From the NCBI GenBank assembly GCA_964057225.1, contig CAXKVF010000081.1, positions 186,001 through 250,000 on the forward strand: 64,000 nt of DNA. The letters run 5' to 3'. Under the pieces are notes generated by a model, which ran no database searches, had not been told where the DNA came from, and saw only the letters and a list, made by a program, of their open reading frames with translations. Source of the stretch: Auanema rhodensis. Its lineage: Eukaryota; Animalia; Nematoda. Within the stretch, counting starts at the first letter, position 1, and the number at the start of each line of letters is the position of its first letter. Below, one piece after another: positions 42,942 through 58,200 of this stretch. The position numbers were made by a program, and so were the translations under genes.

Positions 42942-45581
42942 TCAAAGTCATGGTTACCATGAACCAATATCAATAAAAATTTGTTTTTAGACTAATATGG
43001 ACATGGGGAATCTAATTTTGAAAACCGCATCTCTTTATCTTTCACGTGAAGCGAGTTACATACCAAGTGCACATCACGTGTACATTTAATTAGCATAAAT
43101 TAAAGTTCACGTAAATTTCAAAGTCATGGTTACCATGAACCAATATCAATAAAAATTTGTTTTTAGACTAATATGGACATGGGGAATCTAATTTTGAAAA
43201 CCGCATCTCTTTATCTTTCACGTGAAGCGAGTTACATACCAAGTGCACATCACGTGTACATTTAATTAGCATAAATTAAAGTTCACGTAAATTTCAAAGT
43301 CATGGTTACCATGAACCAATATCAATAAAAATTTGTTTTTAGACTAATATGGACATGGGGAATCTAATTTTGAAAACCGCATCTCTTTATCTTTCACGTG
43401 AAGCGAGATACATACCAAGTGCACATCACGTGTACATTTAATTAGCATAAATTAAAGTTCACGTAAATTTCAAAGTCATGGTTACCATGAACCAATATCA
43501 ATAAAAATTTGTTTTTAGACTAATATGGACATGGGGAATCTAATTTTGAAAACCGCATTTCTTTATCTTTCACGTGAAGCGAGTTACATACCAAGTGCAC
43601 ATCACGTGTACATTTAATTAGCATAAATTAAAGTTCACGTAAATTTCAAAGTCATGGTTACCATGAACCAATATCAATAAAAATTTGTTTTTAGACTAAT
43701 ATGGACATGGGGAATCTAATTTTGAAAACCGCATCTCTTTATCTTTCACGTGAAGCGAGTTACATACCAAGTGCACATCACGTGTACATTTAATTAGCAT
43801 AAATTAAAGTTCACGTAAATTTCAAAGTCATGGTTACCATGAACCAATATCAATAAAAATTTGTTTTTAGACTAATATGGACATGGGGAATCTAATTTTG
43901 AAAACCGCATTTCTTTATCTTTCACGTGAAGCGAGTTACATACCAAGTGCACATCACGTGTACATTTAATTAGCATAAATTAAAGTTCACGTAAATTTCA
44001 AAGTCATGGTTACCATGCACCAATATCAATAAAAATTTGTTTTTAGACTAATATGGACATGGGGAATCTAATTTTGAAAACCGAATCTCTTTATCTTTCA
44101 CGTGAAGCGAGTTACATACCAAGTGCACATCACGTGTACATTTAATTAGCATAAATTAAAGTTCACGTAAATTTCAAAGTCATGGTTACCATGAACCAAT
44201 ATCAATAAAAATTTGTTTTTAGACTAATATGGACATGGGGAATCTAATTTTGAAAACCGCATCTCTTTATCTTTCACGTGAAGCGAGTTACATACCAAGT
44301 GCACATCACGTGTACATTTAATTAGCATAAATTAAAGTTCACGTAAATTTCAAAGTCATGGTTACCATGAACCAATATCAATAAAAATTTGTTTTTAGAC
44401 TAATATGGACATGGGGAATCTAATTTTGAAAACCGCATCTCTTTATCTTTCACGTGAAGCGAGTTACATACCAAGTGCACATCACGTGTACATTTAATTA
44501 GCATAAATTAAAGTTCACGTAAATTTCAAAGTCATGGTTACCATGAACCAATATCAATAAAAATTTGTTTTTAGACTAATATGGACATGGGGAATCTAAT
44601 TTTGAAAACCGCATCTCTTTATCTTTCACGTGAAGCGAGATACATACCAAGTGCACATCACGTGTACATTTAATTAGCATAAATTAAAGTTCACGTAAAT
44701 TTCAAAGTCATGGTTACCATGAACCAATATCAATAAAAATTTGTTTTTAGACTAATATGGACATGGGGAATCTAATTTTGAAAACCGCATTTCTTTATCT
44801 TTCACGTGAAGCGAGTTACATACCAAGTGCACATCACGTGTACATTTAATTAGCATAAATTAAAGTTCACGTAAATTTCAAAGTCATGGTTACCATGAAC
44901 CAATATCAATAAAAATTTGTTTTTAGACTAATATGGACATGGGGAATCTAATTTTGAAAACCGCATCTCTTTATCTTTCACGTGAAGCGAGTTACATACC
45001 AAGTGCACATCACGTGTACATTTAATTAGCATAAATTAAAGTTCACGTAAATTTCAAAGTCATGGTTACCATGAACCAATATCAATAAAAATTTGTTTTT
45101 AGACTAATATGGACATGGGGAATCTAATTTTGAAAACCGCATTTCTTTATCTTTCACGTGAAGCGAGTTACATACCAAGTGCACATCACGTGTACATTTA
45201 ATTAGCATAAATTAAAGTTCACGTAAATTTCAAAGTCATGGTTACCATGCACCAATATCAATAAAAATTTGTTTTTAGACTAATATGGACATGGGGAATC
45301 TAATTTTGAAAACCGAATCTCTTTATCTTTCACGTGAAGCGAGTTACATACCAAGTGCACATCACGTGTACATTTAATTAGCATAAATTAAAGTTCACGT
45401 AAATTTCAAAGTCATGGTTACCATGAACCAATATCAATAAAAATTTGTTTTTAGACTAATATGGACATGGGGAATCTAATTTTGAAAACCGCATCTCTTT
45501 ATCTTTCACGTGAAGCGAGTTACATACCAAGTGCACATCACGTGTACATTTAATTAGCATAAATTAAAGTTCACGTAAATT
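42942..45581 (+). repeat. Tandem duplication of a 7-monomer (1232-bp) block
   Basis: GCGAGATA at 43408 and 44640, each followed by CATTTC, consensus, CATTTC and CACC + CCGAATC monomers. Confidence 0.9.
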
Positions 45582-47869
45582 AAAAAATCATGGTTACCAT
45601 GAACCAATATCAATAAAAATTTGTTTTTAGACTAATATGGACATGGGGAATCTAATTTTGAAAACCGCATCTCTTTATCTTTCACGTGAAGCGAGTTACA
45701 TACCAAGTGCACATCACGTGTACATTTAATTAGCATAAATTAAAGTTCACGTAAACTTCAAAGTCATGGTTACCATGAAGCAATATCAATAAAAATTTGT
45801 TTTTAGACTAATATGGACATGGGGAATCTAATTTTGAAAACCGCATCTCTTTATCTTTCACGTGAAGCGAGTTACATACCAAGTGCACATCACGTGTACA
45901 TTTAATTAGCATAAATTAAAGTTCACGTAAATTTCAAAGTCATGGTTACCATGAACCAATATCAATAAAAATTTGTTTTTAGACTAATATGGACATGGGG
46001 AATCTAATTTTGAAAACCGCATCTCTTTATCTTTCACGTGAAGCGAGTTACATACCAAGTGCACATCACGTGTACATTTAATTAGCATAAATTAAAGTTC
46101 ACGTAAATTTCAAAGTCATGGTTACCATGCACCAATATCAATAAAAATTTGTTTTTAGACTAATATGGACATGGGGAATCTAATTTTGAAAACCGCATCT
46201 CTTTATCTTTCACGTGAAGCGAGTTACATACCAAGTGCACATCACGTGTACATTTAATTAGCATAAATTAAAGTTCACGTAAATTTCAAAGTCATGGTTA
46301 CCATGCACCAATATCAATAAAAATTTGTTTTTAGACTAATATGGACATGGGGAATCTAATTTTGAAAACCGCATTTCTTTATCTTTCACGTGAAGCGAGT
46401 TACATACCAAGTGCACATCACGTGTACATTTAATTAGCATAAATTAAAGTTCACGTAAATTTCAAAGTCATGGTTACCATGAACCAATATCAATAAAAAT
46501 TTGTTTTTAGACTAATATGGACATGGGGAATCTAATTTTGAAAACCGCATCTCTTTATCTTTCACGTGAAGCGAGTTACATACCAAGTGCACATCACGTG
46601 TACATTTAATTAGCATAAATTAAAGTTCACGTAAATTTCAAAGTCATGGTTACCATGAACCAATATCAATAAAAATTTGTTTTTAGACTAATATGGACAT
46701 GGGGAATCTAATTTTGAAAACCGAATCTCTTTATCTTTCACGTGAAGCGAGTTACATACCAAGTGCACATCACGTGTACATTTAATTAGCATAAATTAAA
46801 GTTCACGTAAATTTCAAAGTCATGGTTACCATGAACCAATATCAATAAAAATTTGTTTTTAGACTAATATGGACATGGGGAATCTAATTTTGAAAACCGC
46901 ATCTCTTTATCTTTCACGTGAAGCGAGTTACATACCAAGTGCACATCACGTGTACATTTAATTAGCATAAATTAAAGTTCACGTAAATTAAAAAATCATG
47001 GTTACCATGAACCAATATCAATAAAAATTTGTTTTTAGACTAATATGGACATGGGGAATCTAATTTTGAAAACCGCATCTCTTTATCTTTCACGTGAAGC
47101 GAGTTACATACCAAGTGCACATCACGTGTACATTTAATTAGCATAAATTAAAGTTCACGTAAACTTCAAAGTCATGGTTACCATGAAGCAATATCAATAA
47201 AAATTTGTTTTTAGACTAATATGGACATGGGGAATCTAATTTTGAAAACCGCATCTCTTTATCTTTCACGTGAAGCGAGTTACATACCAAGTGCACATCA
47301 CGTGTACATTTAATTAGCATAAATTAAAGTTCACGTAAATTTCAAAGTCATGGTTACCATGAACCAATATCAATAAAAATTTGTTTTTAGACTAATATGG
47401 ACATGGGGAATCTAATTTTGAAAACCGCATCTCTTTATCTTTCACGTGAAGCGAGTTACATACCAAGTGCACATCACGTGTACATTTAATTAGCATAAAT
47501 TAAAGTTCACGTAAATTTCAAAGTCATGGTTACCATGCACCAATATCAATAAAAATTTGTTTTTAGACTAATATGGACATGGGGAATCTAATTTTGAAAA
47601 CCGCATCTCTTTATCTTTCACGTGAAGCGAGTTACATACCAAGTGCACATCACGTGTACATTTAATTAGCATAAATTAAAGTTCACGTAAATTTCAAAGT
47701 CATGGTTACCATGCACCAATATCAATAAAAATTTGTTTTTAGACTAATATGGACATGGGGAATCTAATTTTGAAAACCGCATTTCTTTATCTTTCACGTG
47801 AAGCGAGTTACATACCAAGTGCACATCACGTGTACATTTAATTAGCATAAATTAAAGTTCACGTAAATT
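45230..47869 (+). repeat. Tandem duplication with 8-monomer (1408-bp) offset
   Basis: The triple substitution AAAAAATCA occurs at 45582 and 46990, with CCGAATC two monomers before and AAACTT, AAGC, consensus, CACC, CACC + CATTTC after, in both copies. Confidence 0.9.
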
Positions 47870-50800
47870 TCAAAGTCATGGTTACCATGCACCAATATCA
47901 ATAAAAATTTGTTTTTAGACTAATATGGACATGGGGAATCTAATTTTGAAAACCGCATCTCTTTATCTTTCACGTGAAGCGAGTTACATACCAAGTGCAC
48001 ATCACGTGTACATTTAATTAGCATAAATTAAAGTTCACGTAAATTTCAAAGTCATGGTTACCATGAACCAATATCAATAAAAATTTGTTTTTAGACTAAT
48101 ATGGACATGGGGAATCTAATTTTGAAAACCGCATCTCTTTATCTTTCACGTGAAGCGAGTTACATACCAAGTGCACATCACGTGTACATTTAATTAGCAT
48201 AAATTAAAGTTCACGTAAATTTCAAAGTCATGGTTACCATGCACCAATATCAATAAAAATTTGTTTTTAGACTAATATGGACATGGGGAATCTAATTTTG
48301 AAAACCGCATCTTTTTATCTTTCACGTGAAGCGAGTTACATACCAAGTGCACATCACGTGTACATTTAATTAGCATAAATTAAAGTTCACGTAAATTTCA
48401 AAGTCATGGTTACCATGAACCAATATCAATAAAAATTTGTTTTTAGACTAATATGGACATGGGGAATCTAATTTTGAAAACCGCATCTCTTTATCTTTCA
48501 CGTGAAGCGAGTTACATACCAAGTGCACATCACGTGTACATTTAATTAGCATAAATTAAAGTTCACGTAAATTTCAAAGTCATGGTTACCATGAACCAAT
48601 ATCAATAAAAATTTGTTTTTAGACCAATATGGACATGGGGAATCTAATTTTGAAAACCGCATCTCTTTATCTTTCACGTGAAGCGAGTTACATACCAAGT
48701 GCACATCACGTGTACATTTAATTAGCATAAATTAAAGTTCACGTAAATTTCAAAGTCATGGTTACCATGAAGCAATATCAATAAAAATTTGTTTTTAGAC
48801 TAATATGGACATGATGAATCTAATTTTGAAAACCGCATCTCTTTATCTTTCACGTGAAGCGAGTTACATACCAAGTGCACATCACGTGTACATTTAATTA
48901 GCATAAATTAAAGTTCACGTAAATTTCAAAGTCATGGTTACCATGAAGCAATATCAATAAAAATTTGTTTTTAGACTAATATGGACATGGGGAATCTAAT
49001 TTTGAAAACCGCATCTCTTTATCTTTCACGTGAAGCGAGTTACATACCAAGTGCACATCACGTGTACATTTAATTAGCATAAATTAAAGTTCACGTAAAT
49101 TTCAAAGTCATGGTTACCATGCACCAATATCAATAAAAATTTGTTTTTAGACTAATATGGACATGGGGAATCTAATTTTGAAAACCGCATCTCTTTATCT
49201 TTCACATGAAGCGAGTTACATACCAAGTGCACATCACGTGTACATTTAATTAGCATAAATTAAAGTTCACGTAAATTTCAAAGTCATGGTTACCATGAAC
49301 CAATATCAATAAAAATTTGTTTTTAGATTAATACGGACATGGGGAATCTAATTTTGAAAACCGCATCTCTTTATCTTTCACGTGAAGCGAGTTACATACC
49401 AAGTGCACATCACGTGTACATTTAATTAGCATAAATTAAAGTTCACGTAAATTTCAAAGTCATGGTTACCATGAAGCAATATCAATAAAAATTTGTTTTT
49501 AGACTAATATGGACATGGGGAATCTAATTTTGAAAACCGCATCTCTTTATCTTTCACGTGAAGCGAGTTACATACCAAGTGCACATCACGTGTACATTTA
49601 ATTAGCATAAATTAAAGTTCACGTAAATTTCAAAGTCATGGTTACCATGAACCAATATCAATAAAAATTTGTTTTTAGACTAATATGGACATGGGGAATC
49701 TAATTTTGAAAACCGCATCTCTTTATCTTCCACGTGAAGCGAGTTACATACCAAGTGCACATCACGTGTACATTTAATTAGCATAAATTAAAGTTCACGT
49801 AAAATTCAAAGTCATGGTTACCATGCACCAATATCAATAAAAATTTGTTTTTAGACTAATATGGACATGTGGAATCTAATTTTGAAAACCGCATCTCTTT
49901 ATCTTTCACGTGAAGCGAGTTACATACCAAGTGCACATCACGTGTACATTTAATTAGCATAAATTAAAGTTCACGTAAATTTCAAAGTCATGGTTGCCAT
50001 GAACCAATATCAATAAAAATTTGTTTTTAGACTAATATGGACATGGGGAATCTAATTTTGAAAACCGCATCTCTTTATCTTTCACGTGAAGCGAGTTACA
50101 TACCAAGTGCACATCACGTGTACATTTAATTAGCATAAATTAAAGTTCACGTAAATTTCAAAGTCATGGTTACCATGAAGCAATATCAATAAAAATTCGT
50201 TTTTAGACTAATATGGACATGGGGAATCTAATTTTGAAAACCGCATCTCTTTATCTTTCACGTGAAGCGAGTTACATACCAAGTGCACATCACGTGTACA
50301 TTTAATTAGCATAAATTAAAGTTCACGTAAATTTCAAAGTCATGGTTACCATGAACCAATATCAATAAAAATTTGTTTTTAGACTAATATGGACATGGGG
50401 AATCTAATTTTGAAAACCGCATCTCTTTATCTTTCACGTGAAGCGAGTTACATACCAAGTGCACATCACGTGTACATTTAATTAGCATAAATTAAAGTTC
50501 ACGTAAATTTCAAAGTCATGGTTACCATGAAGCAATATCAATAAAAATTTGTTTTTAGACTAATATGGACATGGGGAATCTAATTTTGAAAACCGCATCT
50601 CTTTATCTTTCACGTGAAGCGAGTTACATACCAAGTGCACATCACGTGTACATTTAATTAGCATAAATTAAAGTTCACGTAAATTTCAAAGTCATGGTTA
50701 CCATGAACCAATATCAATAAAAATTTGTTTTTAGACTAATATGGACATGGGGAATCTAATTTTGAAAACCGCATCTCTTTATCTTTCACGTGAAGCGAGT

Positions 50801-53325
50801 TACATACCAAGTGCACATCACGTGTACATTTAATTAGCATAAATTAAAGTTCACGTAAATTTCAAAGTCATGGTTACCATGAAGCAATATCAATAAAAAT
50901 TTGTTTTTAGACTAATATGGACATGGGGAATCTAATTTTGAAAACCGCATCTCTTTATCTTTCACGTGAAGCGAGTTACATACCAAGTGCACATCACGTG
51001 TACATTTAATTAGCATAAATTAAAGTTCACGTAAATTTCAAAGTCATGGTTACCATGAACCAATATCAATAAAAATTTGTTTTTAGACTAATATGGACAT
51101 GGGGAATCTAATTTTGAAAACCGCATCTCTTTATCTTTCACGTGAAGCGAGTTACATACCAAGTGCACATCACGTGTACATTTAATTAGCATAAATTAAA
51201 GTTCACGTAAAATTCAAAGTCATGGTTACCATGCACCAATATCAATAAAAATTTGTTTTTAGACTAATATGGACATGGGGGATCTAATTTTGAAAACCGC
51301 ATCTCTTTATCTTTCACGTGAAGCGAGTTACATACCAAGTGCACATCACGTGTACATTTAATTAGCATAAATTAAAGTTCACGTAAATTTCAAAGTCATG
51401 GTTACCATGAACCAATATCAATAAAAATTTGTTTTTAGACTAATATGGACATGGGGAATCTAATTTTGAAAACCGCATCTCTTTATCTTTCACGTGAAGC
51501 GAGTTACATACCAAGTGCACATCACGTGTACATTTAATTAGCATAAATTAAAGTTCACGTAAAATTCAAAGTCATGGTTACCATGCACCAATATCAATAA
51601 AAATTTGTTTTTAGACTAATATGGACATGGGGAATCTAATTTTGAAAACCGCATCTCTTTATCTTTCACGTGAAGCGAGTTACATACCAAGTGCACATCA
51701 CGTGTACATTTAATTAGCATAAATTAAAGTTCACGTAAATTTCAAAGTCATGGTTACCATGAACCAATATCAATAAAAATTTGTTTTTAGACTAATATGG
51801 ACATGGGGAATCTAATTTTGAAAACCGCATCTCTTTATCTTTCACGTGAAGCGAGTTACATACCAAGTGCACATCACGTGTACATTTAATTAGCATAAAT
51901 TAAAGTTCACGTAAATTTCAAAGTCATGGTTACCATGAACCAATATCAATAAAAATTTGTTTTTAGACTAATATGGACATGGGGAATCTAATTTTGAAAA
52001 CCGCATCTCTTTATCTTTCACGTGAAGCGAGTTACATACAAAGTGCACATCACGTGTACATTTAATTAGCATAAATTAAAGTTCACGTAAATTTCAAAGT
52101 CATGGTTACCATGAAGCAATATCAATAAAAATTTGTTTTTAGACTAATATGGACATGGGGAATCTAATTTTGAAAACCGCATCTCTTTATCTTTCACGTG
52201 AAGCGAGTTACATACCAAGTGCACATCACGTGTACATTTTATTAGCATAAATTAAAGTTCACGTAAATTTCAAAGTCATGGTTACCATGAACCAATATCA
52301 ATAAAAATTTGTTTTTAGACTAATATGGACATGGGGGATCTAATTTTGAAAACCGCATCTCTTTATCTTTCACGTGAAGCGAGTTACATACCAAGTGCAC
52401 ATCACGTGTACATTTAATTAGCATAAATTAAAGTTCACGTAAATTTCAAAGTCATGGTTACCATGAAGCAATATCAATAAAAATTTGTTTTTAGACTAAA
52501 ATGGACATGGGGAATCTAATTTTGAAAACCGCATCTCTTTATCTTTCACGTGAAGCGAGTTACATACCAAGTGCACATCACGTGTACATTTAATTAGCAT
52601 AAATTAAAGTTCACGTAAATTTCAAAGTCATGGTTACCATGAAGCAATATCAATAAAAATTTGTTTTTAGACTAATATGGACATGGGGAATCTAATTTTG
52701 AAAACCGCATCTCTTTATCTTTCACGTGAAGCGAGTTACATACCAAGTGCACATCACGTGTACATTTAATTAGCATAAATTAAAGTTCACGTAAATTTCA
52801 AAGTCATGGTTACCATGAACCAATATCAATAAAAATTTGTTTTTAGACTAATATGGACATGGGGAATCTAATTTTGAAAACCGCATCTCTTTATCTTTCA
52901 CGTGAAGCGAGTTACATACCAAGTGCACATCACGTGTACATTTAATTAGCATAAATTAAAGTTCACGTAAATTTCAAAGTCATGGTTACCATGAAGCAAT
53001 ATCAATAAAAATTTGTTTTTAGACTAATATGGACATGAAGAATCTAATTTTGAAAACCGCATCTCTTTATTCTTCACGTGAAGCGAGTTACATACCAAGT
53101 GCACATCACGTGTACATTTAATTAGCATGAATTAAAGTTCACGTAAATTTCAAAGTCATGGTTACCATGCACCAATATCAATAAAAATTTGTTTTTAGAC
53201 TAATATGGACATGGGGAATCTAATTTTGAAAACCGCATCTCTTTATCTTTCACGTGAAGCGAGTTACATACCAAGTGCACATCACGTGTACATTTAATTA
53301 GCATAAATTAAAGTTCACGTAAATT

Positions 53326-53462
53326 TTGTTTTTAGACTAATATGGACATGGGGAATCTAATTTTGAAAACCGCATCTCTTTATCTTTCACGTGAAGCGAG
53401 TTACATACCAAGTGCACATCACGTGTACATTTAATTAGCATAAATTAAAGTTCACGTAAATT
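53326..53462 (+). repeat. 137-bp truncated monomer (39-bp deletion), copy 1
   Basis: Junction CACGTAAATTTTGTTTTTAGAC; the next full unit starts at 53463. Confidence 0.95.
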
Positions 53463-55222
53463 TCAAAGTCATGGTTACCATGCACCAATATCAATAAAAA
53501 TTTGTTTTTAGACTAATATGGACATGGGGAATCTAATTTTGAAAACCGCATCTCTTTATCTTTCACGTGAAGCGAGTTACATACCAAGTGCACATCACGT
53601 GTACATTTAATTAGCATAAATTAAAGTTCACGTAAATTTCAAAGTCATGGTTACCATGAACCAATATCAATAAAAATTTGTTTTTAGACTAATATGGACA
53701 TGGGGAATCTAATTTTGAAAACCGCATCTCTTTATCTTTCACGTGAAGCGAGTTACATACCAAGTGCACATCACGTGTACATTTAATTAGCATAAATTAA
53801 AGTTCACGTAAATTTCAAAGTCATGGTTACCATGAAGCAATATCAATAAAAATTTGTTTTTAGACTAATATGGACATGGGGAATCTAATTTTGAAAACCG
53901 CATCTCTTTATCTTTCACGTGAAGCGAGTTACATACCAAGTGCACATCACGTGTACATTTAATTAGCATAAATTAAAGTTCACGTAAATTTCAAAGTCAT
54001 GGTTACCATGAACCAATATCAATAAAAATTTGTTTTTAGACTAATATGGACATGGGGAATCTAATTTTGAAAACCGCATCTCTTTATCTTTCACGTGAAG
54101 CGAGTTACATACCAAGTGCACATCACGTGTACATTTAATTAGCATAAATTAAAGTTCACGTAAAATTCAAAGTCATGGTTACCATGCACCAATATCAATA
54201 AAAATTTGTTTTTAGACTAATATGGACATGGGGGATCTAATTTTGAAAACCGCATCTCTTTATCTTTCACGTGAAGCGAGTTACATACCAAGTGCACATC
54301 ACGTGTACATTTAATTAGCATAAATTAAAGTTCACGTAAATTTCAAAGTCATGGTTACCATGAACCAATATCAATAAAAATTTGTTTTTAGACTAATATG
54401 GACATGGGGAATCTAATTTTGAAAACCGCATCTCTTTATCTTTCACGTGAAGCGAGTTACATACCAAGTGCACATCACGTGTACATTTAATTAGCATAAA
54501 TTAAAGTTCACGTAAAATTCAAAGTCATGGTTACCATGCACCAATATCAATAAAAATTTGTTTTTAGACTAATATGGACATGGGGAATCTAATTTTGAAA
54601 ACCGCATCTCTTTATCTTTCACGTGAAGCGAGTTACATACCAAGTGCACATCACGTGTACATTTAATTAGCATAAATTAAAGTTCACGTAAATTTCAAAG
54701 TCATGGTTACCATGAACCAATATCAATAAAAATTTGTTTTTAGACTAATATGGACATGGGGAATCTAATTTTGAAAACCGCATCTCTTTATCTTTCACGT
54801 GAAGCGAGTTACATACCAAGTGCACATCACGTGTACATTTAATTAGCATAAATTAAAGTTCACGTAAATTTCAAAGTCATGGTTACCATGAACCAATATC
54901 AATAAAAATTTGTTTTTAGACTAATATGGACATGGGGAATCTAATTTTGAAAACCGCATCTCTTTATCTTTCACGTGAAGCGAGTTACATACCAAGTGCA
55001 CATCACGTGTACATTTAATTAGCATAAATTAAAGTTCACGTAAATTTCAAAGTCATGGTTACCATGAAGCAATATCAATAAAAATTCGTTTTTAGACTAA
55101 TATGGACATGGGGAATCTAATTTTGAAAACCGCATCTCTTTATCTTTCACGTGAAGCGAGTTACATACCAAGTGCACATCACGTGTACATTTAATTAGCA
55201 TAAATTAAAGTTCACGTAAATT

Positions 55223-58200
55223 TCAAAGTCATGGTTACCATGAACCAATATCAATAAAAATTTGTTTTTAGACTAATATGGACATGGGGGATCTAATTTT
55301 GAAAACCGCATCTCTTTATCTTTCACGTGAAGCGAGTTACATACCAAGTGCACATCACGTGTACATTTAATTAGCATAAATTAAAGTTCACGTAAATTTC
55401 AAAGTCATGGTTACCATGAACCAATATCAATAAAAATTTGTTTTTAGACTAATATGGACATGGGGAATCTAATTTTGAAAACCGCATCTCTTTATCTTTC
55501 ACGTGAAGCGAGTTACATACCAAGTGCACATCACGTGTACATTTAATTAGCATAAATTAAAGTTCACGTAAATTTCAAAGTCATGGTTACCATGAAGCAA
55601 TATCAATAAAAATTCGTTTTTAGACTAATATGGACATGGGGAATCTAATTTTGAAAACCGCATCTCTTTATCTTTCACGTGAAGCGAGTTACATACCAAG
55701 TGCACATCACGTGTACATTTAATTAGCATAAATTAAAGTTCACGTAAATTTCAAAGTCATGGTTACCATGAACCAATATCAATAAAAATTTGTTTTTACA
55801 CTAATATGGACATGGGGGATCTAATTTTGAAAACCGCATCTCTTTATCTTTCACGTGAAGCGAGTTACATACCAAGTGCACATCACGTGTACATTTAATT
55901 AGCATAAATTAAAGTTCACGTAAATTTCAAAGTCATGGTTACCATGAAGCAATATCAATAAAAATTTGTTTTTAGACTAATATGGACATGGGGAATCTAA
56001 TTTTGAAAACCGCATCTCTTTATCTTTCACGTGAAGCGAGTTACATACCAAGTGCACATCACGTGTACATTTAATTAGCATAAATTAAAGTTCACGTAAA
56101 TTTCAAAGTCATGGTTACCATGAAGCAATATCAATAAAAATTTGTTTTTAGACTAATATGGACATGGGGAATCTAATTTTGAAAACCGCATCTCTTTATC
56201 TTTCACGTGAAGCGAGTTACATACCAAGTGCACATCACGTGTACATTTAATTAGCATAAATTAAAGTTCACGTAAATTTCAAAGTCATGGTTACCATGAA
56301 CCAATATCAATAAAAATTTGTTTTTAGACTAATATGGACATGGGGAATCTAATTTTGAAAACCGCATCTCTTTATCTTTCACGTGAAGCGAGTTACATAC
56401 CAAGTGCAGATCACGTGTACATTTAATTAGCATAAATTAAAGTTCACGTAAATTTCAAAGTCATGGTTACCATGAAGCAATATCAATAAAAATTTGTTTT
56501 TAGACTAATATGGACATGGGGAATCTAATTTTGAAAACCGCATCTCTTTATCTTTCACGTGAAGCGAGTTACATACCAAGTGCACATCACGTGTACATTT
56601 AATTAGCATAAATTAAAGTTCACGTAAAATTCAAAGTCATGGTTACCATGCACCAATATCAATAAAAATTTGTTTTTAGACTAATATGGACATGGGGGAT
56701 CTAATTTTGAAAACCGCATCTCTTTATCTTTCACGTGAAGCGAGTTACATACCAAGTGCACATCACGTGTACATTTAATTAGCATAAATTAAAGTTCACG
56801 TAAATTTCAAAGTCATGGTTACCATGAACCAATATCAATAAAAATTTGTTTTTAGACTAATATGGACATGGGGAATCTAATTTTGAAAACCGCATCTCTT
56901 TATCTTTCACGTGAAGCGAGTTACATACCAAGTGCACATCACGTGTACATTTAATTAGCATAAATTAAAGTTCACGTAAAATTCAAAGTCATGGTTACCA
57001 TGAACCAATATCAATAAAAATTTGTTTTTAGACTAATATGGACATGGGGAATCTAATTTTGAAAACCGCATCTCTTTATCTTTCACGTGAAGCGAGTTAC
57101 ATACCAAGTGCACATCACGTGTACATTTAATTAGCATAAATTAAAGTTCACGTAAATTTCAAAGTCATGGTTACCATGAAGCAATATCAATAAAAATTTG
57201 TTTTTAGACTAATATGGACATGGGGAATCTAATTTTGAAAACCGCATCTCTTTATCTTTCACGTGAAGCGAGTTACATACCAAGTGCACATCACGTGTAC
57301 ATTTAATTAGCATAAATTAAAGTTCACGTAAATTTCAAAGTCATGGTTACCATGAACCAATATCAATAAAAATTTGTTTTTAGACTAATATGGACATGGG
57401 GGATCTAATTTTGAAAACCGCATCTCTTTATCTTTCACGTGAAGCGAGTTACATACCAAGTGCACATCACGTGTACATTTAATTAGCATAAATTAAAGTT
57501 CACGTAAATTTCAAAGTCATGGTTACCATGAACCAATATCAATAAAAATTTGTTTTTAGACTAATATGGACATGGGGAATCTAATTTTGAAAACCGCATC
57601 TCTTTATCTTTCACGTGAAGCGAGTTACATACCAAGTGCACATCACGTGTACATTTAATTAGCATAAATTAAAGTTCACGTAAATTTCAAAGTCATGGTT
57701 ACCATGAAGCAATATCAATAAAAATTCGTTTTTAGACTAATATGGACATGGGGAATCTAATTTTGAAAACCGCATCTCTTTATCTTTCACGTGAAGCGAG
57801 TTACATACCAAGTGCACATCACGTGTACATTTAATTAGCATAAATTAAAGTTCACGTAAATTTCAAAGTCATGGTTACCATGAACCAATATCAATAAAAA
57901 TTTGTTTTTACACTAATATGGACATGGGGGATCTAATTTTGAAAACCGCATCTCTTTATCTTTCACGTGAAGCGAGTTACATACCAAGTGCACATCACGT
58001 GTACATTTAATTAGCATAAATTAAAGTTCACGTAAATTTCAAAGTCATGGTTACCATGAAGCAATATCAATAAAAATTTGTTTTTAGACTAATATGGACA
58101 TGGGGAATCTAATTTTGAAAACCGCATCTCTTTATCTTTCACGTGAAGCGAGTTACATACCAAGTGCACATCACGTGTACATTTAATTAGCATAAATTAA

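Noticed and set aside
48546-48728. 60-aa minus-strand ORF from the ORF track (MLIKCTRDVHLV...)
   Set aside because: It is satellite sequence in which a single T-to-C change at 48625 (AGACTAAT to AGACCAAT) turns the minus-strand TAG into TGG in one of 364 monomers. There is no recognisable protein motif or gene context, and the 176-bp period is not a multiple of three.
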